From Rhodothermales bacterium (GTDB lineage Bacteria; Bacteroidota; Rhodothermia; Rhodothermales; VXPQ01): DNA of 64,000 bases. Each line of letters starts with the position of its first letter. Positions within the stretch are counted from its first letter, which is position 1. Positions 7,788 through 16,615 of this stretch are shown here, piece after piece. The notes under the pieces are model-generated. The model had not been told where the DNA came from, made no database searches, and saw nothing but the letters and a program-made list of their open reading frames with translations. The position numbers and the translations under genes are program-made. Location of the stretch: contig OZ244993.1 of NCBI GenBank assembly GCA_965223485.1, positions 2,089,527 through 2,153,526 of the forward strand, in the 5' to 3' direction.

Positions 7788-10700
7788 ATGCCCGGCCTGT
7801 GCTCCGTGGCGCTTGCCCTCTTGTGGGCATGCTCCTGGCCGCATTCCGCCCAAACCCAAATTCATACCGAAACTCCGAGCCAAGGTAGCCCCAAAACCTT
7901 GGCCTGGGCCCACACCCAAACTCCGGGTCAAGGCAGCCCCCAAACCTTGGCCTGGAACCAAACCCAAACACCGGGTCAAGGTAGCCCCCAAACCTTGATC
8001 CGGAACCGGGCCCGGAACCAGACCCTTCCCGTCACCTTCCGCTACATCCCCGAACAGGTTTTTGCCGAGCGCGCCTTTGTCCCCGGCACATTCAACGGAT
8101 GGGGTACTCCGTACCAGGGAAACACGTCCTGCATCCGGGCAGACCACGCCTCGGCCATGTCGTTCGTCCGGTTCGAGCGCTACTGGCTCTACACGATCCC
8201 CCTCGAAATAGGCAGCACCTACGAGTACAAGGTGCAGGTCCATCTCGACATCGCAGGCGCCGACTGTTCCTGGCTCACCGATCCGCTGAACCCCCGGTCC
8301 AACCCTGCGGACAACAACAATTCCGTGCTCACCGTCACGGACCCCATGATCTTCCAGCCCGCCCAGGAGATCGAAAACGGGGCCTTCTCCGCCGGACTGT
8401 TCTCCACGCAGCCGTTCGTTTCCATCGTCTACCATATCAATGGGGTCGAATATGCCGACGGCCTTGACCGGTACGACCCCGACACAGGCGTTTTCCGGGT
8501 CGAGACTCCCCGCCGCATTCCTCCCGGCGCACAGTTCCGCATGGTGGCCACCGACCAGGCGGGCCGCCGCGTGGAAGCTGAAATAGGCCGCATCCTCGCT
8601 CCCGTCGAGTGGGTGGGCCCCGCATTTTCCACGGTCAGGGAGGAAGTTTCTCTCCGCGCCTACGTCACGGGCCTCGACGGCGCCGTAGACCCGAACATCA
8701 CGCAGGCCACGCTCCTGCGCAACGGCGAGGAAATGGGCACGGTAGCCGTAACCGACGGAGAAGCGCACGTCACGGCGCCGCTCGAACTGGGTGACAACGG
8801 ATTCCAGCTCCGCCTCGAGCCCGACGGGGGCGCCGTCCCGCACCCGCTTGTCTCCGATCCGATCGTGATCAACCGCCGCCTGCACCCGCTGGATCGCGCG
8901 CTGGTCAACTTTTCCGTAACAGGCTCCGGAAATCGGTTCGACATTTCCATTGCCTCCATTACCCCTGCGGATACCGGCCATGTGACCGTGCAATTCGAAT
9001 ACCCCGCCGATTTCGAGGACCCGTTCAACACCACGGAGGTAAGGGGGTTTACTAAAGGCCCGGCCGGCATAAGTGGCTTTGCCGACGGCCCTGGGGAAGT
9101 GTACGTGAATTTTGACTTCAGACACTCCAACGGCGAAACAGGGCGCCGCCGCGTGGCTGTCGTCATCGAGGAGGATGGTACGGCGCGGGAAATGCGCTAC
9201 GAGGAAACCGCCTCCTGGGTCCACAACGCGGTGGTCTACGAGATTTTCCCCTTCAGTTTCGGGCCGGAAGCCTTCGGCGCCCCCGCGAATCCGGGCCGCC
9301 GCCTCCGCGACATCACCCGCGAGTTGGACTACATCGCGCAGATGGGCTTCAACACCATCTGGTTCATGCCGATCATGCACAATCAGGTGATGAACCAGAT
9401 TTCCGGGGGCTACAACATCATCGACTTCTACAAGGTCGATCCCCGCCTGGGCACGAACAGAGATTTCAAGGCCCTCGTAGAGCGGGCGCACGAACTCGGC
9501 ATACGGGTCATCCTCGACATTACGCCCAGCCATGTATCCCCGGCGCACCCGTGGGTCGCCAGCCTGCGCAACGGCGGTCCGTACGGGGCCTACCTGCAGA
9601 CGGAACCCAGCGCCCACAACCTCGGGCTCGACAACCGGGGCGCCAACCTCCCCGAAGTCCGGCAGGCCGGGGCCGATTATTACAAGTACCAGGGATTCGG
9701 GGACCTGGCGAACCTCGACTGGAACAACGACGATTTGCAAGCCGAGATGCTCGACATGCTGGCGTTCTGGGTGAACGAATTCGACATCGACGGCTGGCGG
9801 CTGGACGTGTACTGGGGGCCGTGGCGGCGCTACGGGCCGGATCGCTTCGGGCGGCCCATCCGTACGCTCATGAAACGGCTGAAGCCCGATGCCTGGCTGC
9901 TCGGCGAGATCGTGGGGACGGGAAGCGGCACGGAGGTCTACTACGCCGACGCCCTGCGCGGCGCCCGCTTCGAGGGCGGCATCGACGCCGGCTACGACTG
10001 GCCGTTCTACCATAATGTAGTGAGAGGAGGGTACGGCCTGCTCGCCACGTACGACCGGTATGCGCACAACGAAGATTTTCACCCCGGCCCGAATGCCCGC
10101 TACTTTCGTTTTCTGGAGAACCACGACGAACAGCGTATTGCCTCGCTGCATGCCTCCAGCCCCGACCGCCTGTTCCCGCTTGCGGGGTTTCTGCTCACGA
10201 CCACGGGCGTGCCGATGGTATACCAGGGGCAGGAGGTGGCTTTCCGTGCGGGGGCGGACCCGAGGCGCGCGCCGGTGGACTGGAATACTCCCCGCAACGG
10301 CGAGTTCGCCCGTCATTACCAGCGCCTGGCGCATGCCCGCGCCCGGTTCCCGGCCTTTGGCGCCCAGCAACTCAATACGCTGAGCACGCGCGGCGTGTAC
10401 GGCTACGTGCGCCCCTATGTGGACGAAAACGCCCTCGTTCTTGTCAATTTTTCGTCCGTTTCCCGCACTGTGACAATAGATCCAAGCCCCCACGTCACGA
10501 TGTCGAATCCCGGTCCTGTCCCGTATTACGACATTTTTGCGGATACCTCGGCTGCATATCCGGGGGGGTTCGACGTCACGGTGCCTCCCTATGAGACCGT
10601 TATATATATAACGAGTGAGGATCCCGGCTTTGAGCCGCCTTCGCTCCCGTCCTTGCCGTATGGGGCGGTCTACACCTCCGCAGAGCGCGAGGAGTTGCCC

Positions 10701-10964
10701 GTTTCTGTGAAACTTTCAAGGAATTACCCGAATCCCTTCAACCCCGAGACGACCATTGAGTATATGTTGCCGCGAGCGGAGACGGTGCGCCTGGTCGTGT
10801 ACGACCTGCTGGGCAGGGAAGTAGCCCGCCTTGTGGACGGTATGCGTCCGGCAGGCCGTCACCGGGTACGTTTCAGAGCGGGGGAACTCCCCAGTGGAAC
10901 GTATGTATACCGCCTCGAAACCGCCGGGAAACGGCATACGCAGACGATGGTTCTGGCGAAATGA
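7788..10964 (+). CDS. GH13 alpha-amylase-family enzyme with N-terminal repeat linker, E-set/CBM48-like module and T9SS C-terminal domain
   Basis: GH13 regions: VILDITPSH (I), DGWRLDVYW (II), WLLGEIVG (III), FLENHDEQR (IV). There is an FVPGTFNGWG module upstream. The signal peptide (MPGLCSVALALLWACSWPHSAQ) starts at ATG 7788, inside track ORF 7686. The tail is a T9SS CTD (NYPNPFNPETTIEYMLP..VYRLETAGKRHTQTMVLAK). Confidence 0.85.
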   Translation: MPGLCSVALALLWACSWPHSAQTQIHTETPSQGSPKTLAWAHTQTPGQGSPQTLAWNQTQTPGQGSPQTLIRNRARNQTLPVTFRYIPEQVFAERAFVPGTFNGWGTPYQGNTSCIRADHASAMSFVRFERYWLYTIPLEIGSTYEYKVQVHLDIAGADCSWLTDPLNPRSNPADNNNSVLTVTDPMIFQPAQEIENGAFSAGLFSTQPFVSIVYHINGVEYADGLDRYDPDTGVFRVETPRRIPPGAQFRMVATDQAGRRVEAEIGRILAPVEWVGPAFSTVREEVSLRAYVTGLDGAVDPNITQATLLRNGEEMGTVAVTDGEAHVTAPLELGDNGFQLRLEPDGGAVPHPLVSDPIVINRRLHPLDRALVNFSVTGSGNRFDISIASITPADTGHVTVQFEYPADFEDPFNTTEVRGFTKGPAGISGFADGPGEVYVNFDFRHSNGETGRRRVAVVIEEDGTAREMRYEETASWVHNAVVYEIFPFSFGPEAFGAPANPGRRLRDITRELDYIAQMGFNTIWFMPIMHNQVMNQISGGYNIIDFYKVDPRLGTNRDFKALVERAHELGIRVILDITPSHVSPAHPWVASLRNGGPYGAYLQTEPSAHNLGLDNRGANLPEVRQAGADYYKYQGFGDLANLDWNNDDLQAEMLDMLAFWVNEFDIDGWRLDVYWGPWRRYGPDRFGRPIRTLMKRLKPDAWLLGEIVGTGSGTEVYYADALRGARFEGGIDAGYDWPFYHNVVRGGYGLLATYDRYAHNEDFHPGPNARYFRFLENHDEQRIASLHASSPDRLFPLAGFLLTTTGVPMVYQGQEVAFRAGADPRRAPVDWNTPRNGEFARHYQRLAHARARFPAFGAQQLNTLSTRGVYGYVRPYVDENALVLVNFSSVSRTVTIDPSPHVTMSNPGPVPYYDIFADTSAAYPGGFDVTVPPYETVIYITSEDPGFEPPSLPSLPYGAVYTSAEREELPVSVKLSRNYPNPFNPETTIEYMLPRAETVRLVVYDLLGREVARLVDGMRPAGRHRVRFRAGELPSGTYVYRLETAGKRHTQTMVLAK
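7854..8009 (+). repeat. 48-bp tandem repeat x3 (first unit 60 bp) encoding (T)QTPGQGSPQTLAW(N)
   Basis: Units lie at 7854-7913, 7914-7961 and 7962-8009, in frame directly after the signal peptide of the GH13 protein. Confidence 0.85.
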
Positions 10965-11061
10965 AGGAGTGGGGAGCACTGGAACCCTGCATATGTCCCG
11001 GTTATTAAAAAAAATATGGAACAGGGGTTGATTCTGTTTGTTCATTCAGCGAACTTTCCAC

Positions 11062-11119
11062 TTGACACTGGAAAAAGCATTGCCTATACTTGACAAGTAT
11101 GAGCGCGGTGTCGTACATT
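11062..11119 (+). promoter_or_regulatory. Two overlapping sigma70-like promoters upstream of adhesin-like paralogue 1
   Basis: TTGACA(11062-67)-17 bp-TATACT(11085-90) and TTGACA(11090-95)-18 bp-TACATT(11114-19). Both lie just outside the shared inverted-repeat arm that begins at 11128. Promoter rules for this phylum are uncertain. Confidence 0.4.
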
Positions 11120-11127
11120 GTTGGTAT

Positions 11128-11411
11128 GTGCCCTTACGGGTACACACTAAGCGCGTACACCTGCCTGGACACACCCACCCATACCCAAATGATCACTCTC
11201 TGTGAGGGTGGCACGTCATTTTAACCAACATTGAGCATAAGCCATGACGTTCTTGCTTCAGAAATTCAATGCGATCAACCGCACTTGCACCGAGGCGCGG
11301 GCCCGGAACGGCTTGCGGCTCACCGCAGGCGGTATCGCTTTCACCGGCCGCCTTGCGGCTTGCCTGTTGCTGGCGGGCTTCCTGGGTGTGGGGTCCGCAA
11401 TGGCGCAGCCC
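11128..11411. repeat. 5' inverted-repeat arm A (116-nt leader plus first 56 codons)
   Basis: It is near-identical to the reverse complement of 18746-19029, with only a few substitutions by eye. Confidence 0.9.
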
Positions 11412-13718
11412 CATGTCCTCCGCATGGGGGACGGGGCGGTAACCGTTAGTACTGACCTTAGTAATGGTGACGACGGGAAAGTACATCACTATGTGATCGG
11501 GAAGACGGCCACTAATGATCCTACGAGTAACGGTAGCGTGAATACGTTTCTCGTTGGAAGCATTGCCCTGGTCACTTTTGACGACATCGCTAACACGCTC
11601 ATGGTCACCCCGGTTGCAGTGGGCGCATTCAAGATTGCCTTGACCAGTGCGATTGGAGCCTTAACCGACGATCTGTCGACTATTGGTGGCACGCCCATCA
11701 ACTTCGAGATCCTGTCGGGTAATGCACCCATGCTTATAGGGGCTGCGGACAATGCGGCAGTGCAGATCGATATGGTATCTCTTGAGTTGATTCCGAGGGA
11801 CGACACATCGAAAGAGTATGACTTGCTTGACTGGTTCAGCGACCCGAACGATGTCTTCCTTACCTACGAAGCCAAGGTGGATATGGTGGCTAAAGATGAT
11901 CCGGATCCATTGCCTGACCCCTTGGTAGCCCCGCGAAGAGCGAAGGTCGACAAAGACGGTGTAAACATCGTGAGCGCGACGAGAGTCGGAAACAAGCTGA
12001 CCGTTGCCCTTACGAAGGATGCGAAGATGGCCGACCAGACCGACATTTGGGTATTCGGACGCGACGGCAGCGAATACGCCAGGAAGCGGATTCAGGTGAC
12101 GGTAGGTTCGTCAACCAATCCGTATGTCATGACGGTGATTGCGGACGATGTTCTGCGGGAGGATGCGGCTGCAGATACCCACTACGAACTGGCTTCGGGT
12201 TTCATGGATCCTGATGTGGCTTCTACTGACAGGGATGTTGATGATGGTGATGCAATGACATTGACCTACGCAGTCAGCATCAGCGATAAGAATGCGGCCA
12301 AAGTGGGTTCGGAGGTCTACTTCACGTGGGTTACCTCGTACATGACGGCGAGGGTTGTGCTAAGGGATACTGATGCGGACGCCGTTGGGCACGAAGGAGG
12401 AGCTTTATTAACCATCCGCCCCCGCGCGCCGGGGTCGGCCACGTTCACGGTGACAGCCACGGATAAGGGTGAGTTTTGCCGGGATGCGGGTGCGGATGAG
12501 AGTGTCAATGTCGTCGACAAGGAGGGTAGTAACACCGAGCATGATGCTACGGGGGATGTGGCAGCGGTCAGGTGCCAGCACATAGACACCTCAGGTGCCG
12601 AGAACGACACCACGTATACGGCACTGTTCCCTGACACCAAGTCCGTTAAGGATGCCTTCACGGTGACCATCGTAACCAAGACCTCGCCGATCTCGGATGT
12701 AGAGATTGATGCCATGGAAGTAGTAGCGGACGGGGATGCCATTATGTTCGATCTGGAAGATCTGAACGGCGATAAGGATGGCGAGCCAAAGGCATTCACG
12801 GATCCCACGAAGGAAGGATTGACCTATACGGTGGAGGCGGCACAGGTTAAAGACAACGATATCGCAACGGTAAGCGTGGACGGCAGTATGGTCACGATTG
12901 CCCCGCTATGGCGTTCTGGCGACGAGAACACCACCGTTACGGTGAAGGCCACGAACAACCTTGACGAGGAGAGTCTTTCTTCAACGTTCGGCTTGACGGT
13001 CAAGACGGCCACGAAGCCGGTTGTGAACCAGAGCCTGGCTGTGCAAGGTGTTCTGGCTATGGGCTTCTCGCTGAATACGGGCGATGCGCCGATGGTAGTG
13101 CCTCTGGCAAATCTCACGGGTGCGACGGAGCCGCCTTTTGTGGCGCTCTTCATCGATCCGAATGCGGCTGCACGCGATGCGCTTCCGGGCGGGCTGTTGT
13201 TAGAGATGAAGGTAGAGGATGTGGTAGCCGATCATGTCTACGAGAACCAGAGCAAGACGAATGACGTGACCACATCGGCCATGCGCCTCGTGCTGGATCC
13301 GTCTGGCCCCAATCCCACACTGACGATCACGCCTACCGGCGCCAACTCGGCGACCGTGACGGTCAGGGCGACCGACCGTGAGCGCAACATGGTTTCGGCG
13401 ATGACGACCATCACGGTTATATCGGGTGTAGGCACGGAAGGCGAGGAACTGCCGACGGAAGTCAGCCTTTCCCAGAACTATCCGAACCCGTTCAATCCGC
13501 AGACGACCATCGACTACGCCTTGCCGAAGGCGGGCGATGTGAGCCTCGTCGTGTACGACATGCTCGGTCGTGAAGTGGATGTGTTGCTTGACGGTCCTCA
13601 GGCCGCTGGCCGGCACACGGTGCGCTTCGGTGCGAATCACTTGCCGAACGGCACCTACGTATACCGCCTTGTGGCGGCAGACAAGACAATTACGCGCACA
13701 ATGGTTCTTGTCAAATAA
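11244..13718 (+). CDS. Large adhesin-like T9SS cargo protein, paralogue 1 (824 aa)
   Basis: It has a long signal peptide (..LAACLLLAGFLGVGSAMAQP). Repeated Ig/cadherin-like segments follow (..LTIRPRAPGSATFTVTATD.., ..TTVTVKATNNLDEESL..TVK.., ..SATVTVRATDRE..TTITV). The tail is a canonical T9SS CTD (LSQNYPNPFNPQTTIDYALPKAGDVSLVVYDMLGREV..YVYRLVAADKTITRTMVLVK). Confidence 0.8.
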   Translation: MTFLLQKFNAINRTCTEARARNGLRLTAGGIAFTGRLAACLLLAGFLGVGSAMAQPHVLRMGDGAVTVSTDLSNGDDGKVHHYVIGKTATNDPTSNGSVNTFLVGSIALVTFDDIANTLMVTPVAVGAFKIALTSAIGALTDDLSTIGGTPINFEILSGNAPMLIGAADNAAVQIDMVSLELIPRDDTSKEYDLLDWFSDPNDVFLTYEAKVDMVAKDDPDPLPDPLVAPRRAKVDKDGVNIVSATRVGNKLTVALTKDAKMADQTDIWVFGRDGSEYARKRIQVTVGSSTNPYVMTVIADDVLREDAAADTHYELASGFMDPDVASTDRDVDDGDAMTLTYAVSISDKNAAKVGSEVYFTWVTSYMTARVVLRDTDADAVGHEGGALLTIRPRAPGSATFTVTATDKGEFCRDAGADESVNVVDKEGSNTEHDATGDVAAVRCQHIDTSGAENDTTYTALFPDTKSVKDAFTVTIVTKTSPISDVEIDAMEVVADGDAIMFDLEDLNGDKDGEPKAFTDPTKEGLTYTVEAAQVKDNDIATVSVDGSMVTIAPLWRSGDENTTVTVKATNNLDEESLSSTFGLTVKTATKPVVNQSLAVQGVLAMGFSLNTGDAPMVVPLANLTGATEPPFVALFIDPNAAARDALPGGLLLEMKVEDVVADHVYENQSKTNDVTTSAMRLVLDPSGPNPTLTITPTGANSATVTVRATDRERNMVSAMTTITVISGVGTEGEELPTEVSLSQNYPNPFNPQTTIDYALPKAGDVSLVVYDMLGREVDVLLDGPQAAGRHTVRFGANHLPNGTYVYRLVAADKTITRTMVLVK

Positions 13719-13796
13719 GCGAGAAAGAGAGTCACCTCTCGGCTTATGCTCAGCGAGGCCCCCGTTACCGAAAGGTAGCGGGGGCCTTGTGTGTTT
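13473..13796. repeat. 3' inverted-repeat arm A (CTD coding region plus 78 nt downstream)
   Basis: It is near-identical to the reverse complement of 16292-16615. The coding differences appear mostly synonymous. Confidence 0.9.
13757..13786 (+). terminator. GC-rich hairpin with GAAA tetraloop downstream of paralogue 1
   Basis: GGCCCCCGTTACC-GAAA-GGTAGCGGGGGCC followed by TTGTGTGTTT. The same element recurs at 16302-16331, and a variant at 20312-20341. Confidence 0.5.
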
Positions 13797-13985
13797 GTGG
13801 GGGTGTCAAGATAAATACAGCCAGCGAACGTGCAATTCGCAGGACACGCCCTTTGAAAAATTTGGAGTTATATCTGGCCGGGCCATGAATCTATATGTAT
13901 GGCGATCAGGCTTCGGAGTGATTCTGAGTATTGGCCCATCCTTTTTAAGGCGCTTCTATTGACAATCGTACATAAAGGTGCGAAA

Positions 13986-14192
13986 TTGACTGGCACTGAA
14001 TTTCTCAAGCGAGCCAGGCGCTACGCTAAACAACATGGCAAAAGTTATCACTTTGACCCGCGACAAGGAAAGGGGAGCCATGGTATCCTGTACGTTGGCG
14101 ACCATCGCACGACGGTCAAGCAGGGTAAACTCGCGCCGGGAACGTTTCGCAACATGCTGAAGCAACTCGATATCCCCAAGGAGGATTTCTGA
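13986..14192 (+). CDS. hicA: HicA mRNA-interferase toxin
   Basis: (M)TGTEFLKRARRYAKQHGKSYHFDPRQGKGSHGILYVGDHRTTVKQGKLAPGTFRNMLKQLDI carries the HicA GSH signature. A TTG start at 13986 follows AAGGTG. The stop overlaps the hicB ATG (14192). Confidence 0.75.
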   Translation: MTGTEFLKRARRYAKQHGKSYHFDPRQGKGSHGILYVGDHRTTVKQGKLAPGTFRNMLKQLDIPKEDF

Positions 14193-14632
14193 TGCAGTAT
14201 GCATACCCGTGTGTGTTGACCCCGGAAACAAATGGTGGGTTCTCGGTTTCCTTCCCGGATGTGCCCCAGGCACTCACCAGTGGCGACGATCATGCCGAGG
14301 CTCTGGCTATGGCGGAAGACGCCCTGGTGGCTGCATTGGGCGCGTACATTCAGTGCCGTGAAAACATTCCACCCCCGAGTCCTGTTATCGACGGCCAGAG
14401 ACGTATCGCCGTTCGCTCCATTGTCGCCGCCAAGCTGGCTCTTTACTCGGCAATGCGGGCACAGCGTATCACAAAAACCGAACTTGCCCGCCGCATGGGG
14501 TTGAGTGAAGGCGCCATCCGCAAGCTACTTAATCTCGATCATCGCTCCCATATCGGACAAGTCGAACGAGCATTGCATATTGTCGGGCGCAGTCTGGTGC
14601 TCACCGATGAGCCTGCATTACAAGGCAACTGA
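14192..14632 (+). CDS. hicB: HicB antitoxin (RNase H-like N-domain plus XRE HTH)
   Basis: MQYAYPCVLTPETNGGFSVSFPDVPQALTSGDDHAEALAMAEDAL is a HicB N-domain. The C-terminal TKTELARRMGLSEGAIRKLLN is an HTH. Confidence 0.8.
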   Translation: MQYAYPCVLTPETNGGFSVSFPDVPQALTSGDDHAEALAMAEDALVAALGAYIQCRENIPPPSPVIDGQRRIAVRSIVAAKLALYSAMRAQRITKTELARRMGLSEGAIRKLLNLDHRSHIGQVERALHIVGRSLVLTDEPALQGN

Positions 14633-14699
14633 TCGGGATCGCGTTTTTCGCTATGCGTGATGTATCATCCTCCCGATTTCCGGAACCGCCCCGTTCCGA

Positions 14700-15491
14700 A
14701 TGACCCCCAACGCTACACATCATTACCTCGAACGGCTTGTTCACCATTTTGAGCGGCCGTCCTTTATCGACAGGGATCCCATTTCCATTCCTCACGGATT
14801 CGACGATCCGCGCGACCGGGAGGTTATCGGTCTGTACGCCGCTCTGCTTGCCTGGGGCCGCCGGGAAACCGTCCTGGCGAAGATGAACGAACTCTGCGAG
14901 CGCATGCGTTTTCGCCCCTACGCGTTCATCCGCAGTTTCGATGGGGAACGAGACGCGGACCGCCTGCACGGATTCAGGCACCGGACATTCCAGCCGGAGG
15001 ACCTTTTCTGGTTCACGCACAACCTGGGCATCCTGCTGCGCCGGTACGAAACGATGGAGGAGCTCTTTGCACGGCATCTGCCGGTGGTTGCCCCCCATGT
15101 CGGCCCCGCCATACAGGGGTTCAGCGAAGCGGTCCTGTCGGCTCATCCCGATACCCCGCCGCGCCTGCGTAAACACCTTGCACGCCCGGCGACGGGAAGC
15201 GCCTGCAAACGGCTGAACATGTACCTGCGATGGATGGTGCGGCCCGGACCTGTGGATATGAAGCTGTGGCGCCGCATCGCGCCGAAGCAACTCATGCTCC
15301 CGCTGGATGTGCATTCAGGGCGGGAGGCGCGTCGCCTCGGTATGCTCACCCGCAAGAGCAACGACTGGAAAGCCTGTATCGAGTTGACGGAAAATTGCCG
15401 GCGCCTGTGCGCGCAGGATCCTGCACGCTACGATTTCGCCTTCTTCGGCATAGGCGCCTACGGCCCGCCTGACTTCAGCGAGACCGATTGA
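14700..15491 (+). CDS. TIGR02757/DUF2400-family protein
   Basis: The N-terminal block LERLVHHFERPSFIDRDPISIPHGFDDPRDREVIGLYAALLAWGRR and the size (263 aa) fit that family as I remember it. No search was run. Confidence 0.65.
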   Translation: MTPNATHHYLERLVHHFERPSFIDRDPISIPHGFDDPRDREVIGLYAALLAWGRRETVLAKMNELCERMRFRPYAFIRSFDGERDADRLHGFRHRTFQPEDLFWFTHNLGILLRRYETMEELFARHLPVVAPHVGPAIQGFSEAVLSAHPDTPPRLRKHLARPATGSACKRLNMYLRWMVRPGPVDMKLWRRIAPKQLMLPLDVHSGREARRLGMLTRKSNDWKACIELTENCRRLCAQDPARYDFAFFGIGAYGPPDFSETD

Positions 15492-15530
15492 CCGGGTGGA
15501 GGTGAGACGATTCCATCCGAGCGTATCAGG

Positions 15531-15704
15531 TTATGCCGCATTAAGCTTCGATTCGATGTTGCCTACCCGCTTGTCCATCTGTTCAAAACTTCCGACAAGG
15601 TTACTTACATCCCGATGCAGGGTGCTTACGCTATGCAATAGCCAACCAAGCAGAACGGGTACCGACAGGCTTAACGTGGCGAATACGATTTGGAGGGTGT
15701 CCAT
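15531..15704 (-). CDS. Small (57 aa) N-terminal-TM plus coiled-coil protein, hypothetical
   Basis: This ATG-to-TAA ORF is below the track cutoff. It reads MDTLQIVFATLSLSVPVLLGWLLHSVSTLHRDVSNLVGSFEQMDKRVGNIESKLNAA, a hydrophobic helix followed by heptad-like sequence. Confidence 0.35.
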   Translation of the reverse strand: MDTLQIVFATLSLSVPVLLGWLLHSVSTLHRDVSNLVGSFEQMDKRVGNIESKLNAA

Positions 15705-15890
15705 GGCCTCAGAGACGGTTTGGCGGGCGTCCAGACATTGTCTGGAATAAATATTGGTGATGTTCCGGATTTGTAGTTATGCGGACGCGCCTCAACACTT
15801 CTGTGAGTGGTTTATCCTTCCAGAAATGTCTGGTGGCGAGAGGCGCTTACGGCCCACCCGACTTCAGCGAAGTTTTACCCGTTAATCATG

Positions 15891-16214
15891 TCAGCCCTGC
15901 GAACGCGATGGATTAAACGGACCGACCCCTTTCTCAAGATGATGGATGCCGCCGATGTAGAAAACGTCGATCAGGTCAAGTTTGTGTTTGATCGTCTCCA
16001 CATCCGCCTTGATCGTCTCCACGTCCGCCTTGATCGTCTCCACATCCGCCTTGAGCGTCTCCACATCCGCCTTGAGCGTCTTCACGTCCGCCTTGAGCGT
16101 CTTCACGTCCGCCTTGACCGTCTCCATGTCCGCCTTCAAGCCCTTCATGTCCGTTTCCAGACCGGCGAGGCGGTTATCGATACGTTCAAGGACGTTCTGC
16201 AAGTCCAGGTTCAT
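15891..16214 (-). CDS. Coiled-coil protein built on a 7-aa (21-bp) tandem repeat, hypothetical
   Basis: MNLDLQNVLERIDNRLAGLETDMKGLKADMETVKADVKTLKADVKTLKADVETLKADVETIKADVETIKADVETIKHKL.. shows perfect heptad periodicity. The opposite strand is also open across the repeat, so strand assignment is tentative. Confidence 0.45.
   Translation of the reverse strand: MNLDLQNVLERIDNRLAGLETDMKGLKADMETVKADVKTLKADVKTLKADVETLKADVETIKADVETIKADVETIKHKLDLIDVFYIGGIHHLEKGVGPFNPSRSQG
15990..16157. repeat. 21-bp tandem repeat, 7 good units plus 1 degenerate
   Basis: The unit is GA(T/G)CGTCT(C/T)CAC(A/G)TCCGCCTT, starting at 15990, 16011, 16032, 16053, 16074, 16095 and 16116, with a degenerate unit at 16137. Confidence 0.95.
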
Positions 16215-16291
16215 GATTTCCGCATGGGTTTGGCTGAGGGGTACGGTAATATACGGGAATGAAGCGGGCCTGTTCAGGAGGCGGAGTAATT

Positions 16292-16615
16292 AAACACACA
16301 AGGCCCCCGCTACCTTTCGGTAACGGGGGCCTCGCTGAGCATAAGCCGAGAGGTGACTCTCTTTCTCGCTTATTTGACAAGAACCATTGTGCGCGTAATT
16401 GTCTTGTCTGCCGCCACAAGGCGGTATACATAGGTGCCGTTCGGCAAGTGATTCGCACCGAAGCGCACCGTGTGCCGGCCAGCGGCCTGCGGGCCGTCAA
16501 GCAACACATCCACTTCACGACCGAGCATGTCGTACACGACTAGGCTCACATCGCCTGCCTTCGGCAAGGCGTAGTCGATAGTGGTCTGCGGATTGAACGG
16601 GTTCGGATAGTTCTG
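16292..16615. repeat. 3' inverted-repeat arm B
   Basis: It is the reverse complement of 13473-13796 and covers the CTD coding region, hairpin and flank. Confidence 0.9.
16302..16331 (-). terminator. GC-rich GAAA-tetraloop hairpin downstream of paralogue 2
   Basis: It is the mirror copy of 13757-13786. Confidence 0.5.

Noticed and set aside
7641-10493. 950-aa minus-strand ORF opposite the GH13 gene
   Set aside because: It is an antisense shadow ORF. The plus frame carries all four GH13 conserved regions.
15990-16157. Possible CRISPR array (regular 21-bp repeats)
   Set aside because: The units are directly adjacent with no spacers, are far shorter than CRISPR repeats, and are in frame as heptads. 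There are no cas genes.
15807-16262. Plus-strand 151-aa ORF reading the repeat as DRLH(I/V)RL
   Set aside because: The minus-strand reading gives a canonical amphipathic heptad (a/d = L/I, V) with a coiled-coil N-terminal extension and an ATG start. The plus ORF begins in unrelated sequence overlapping the DUF2400 3'-end repeat. The strand is still not proven.
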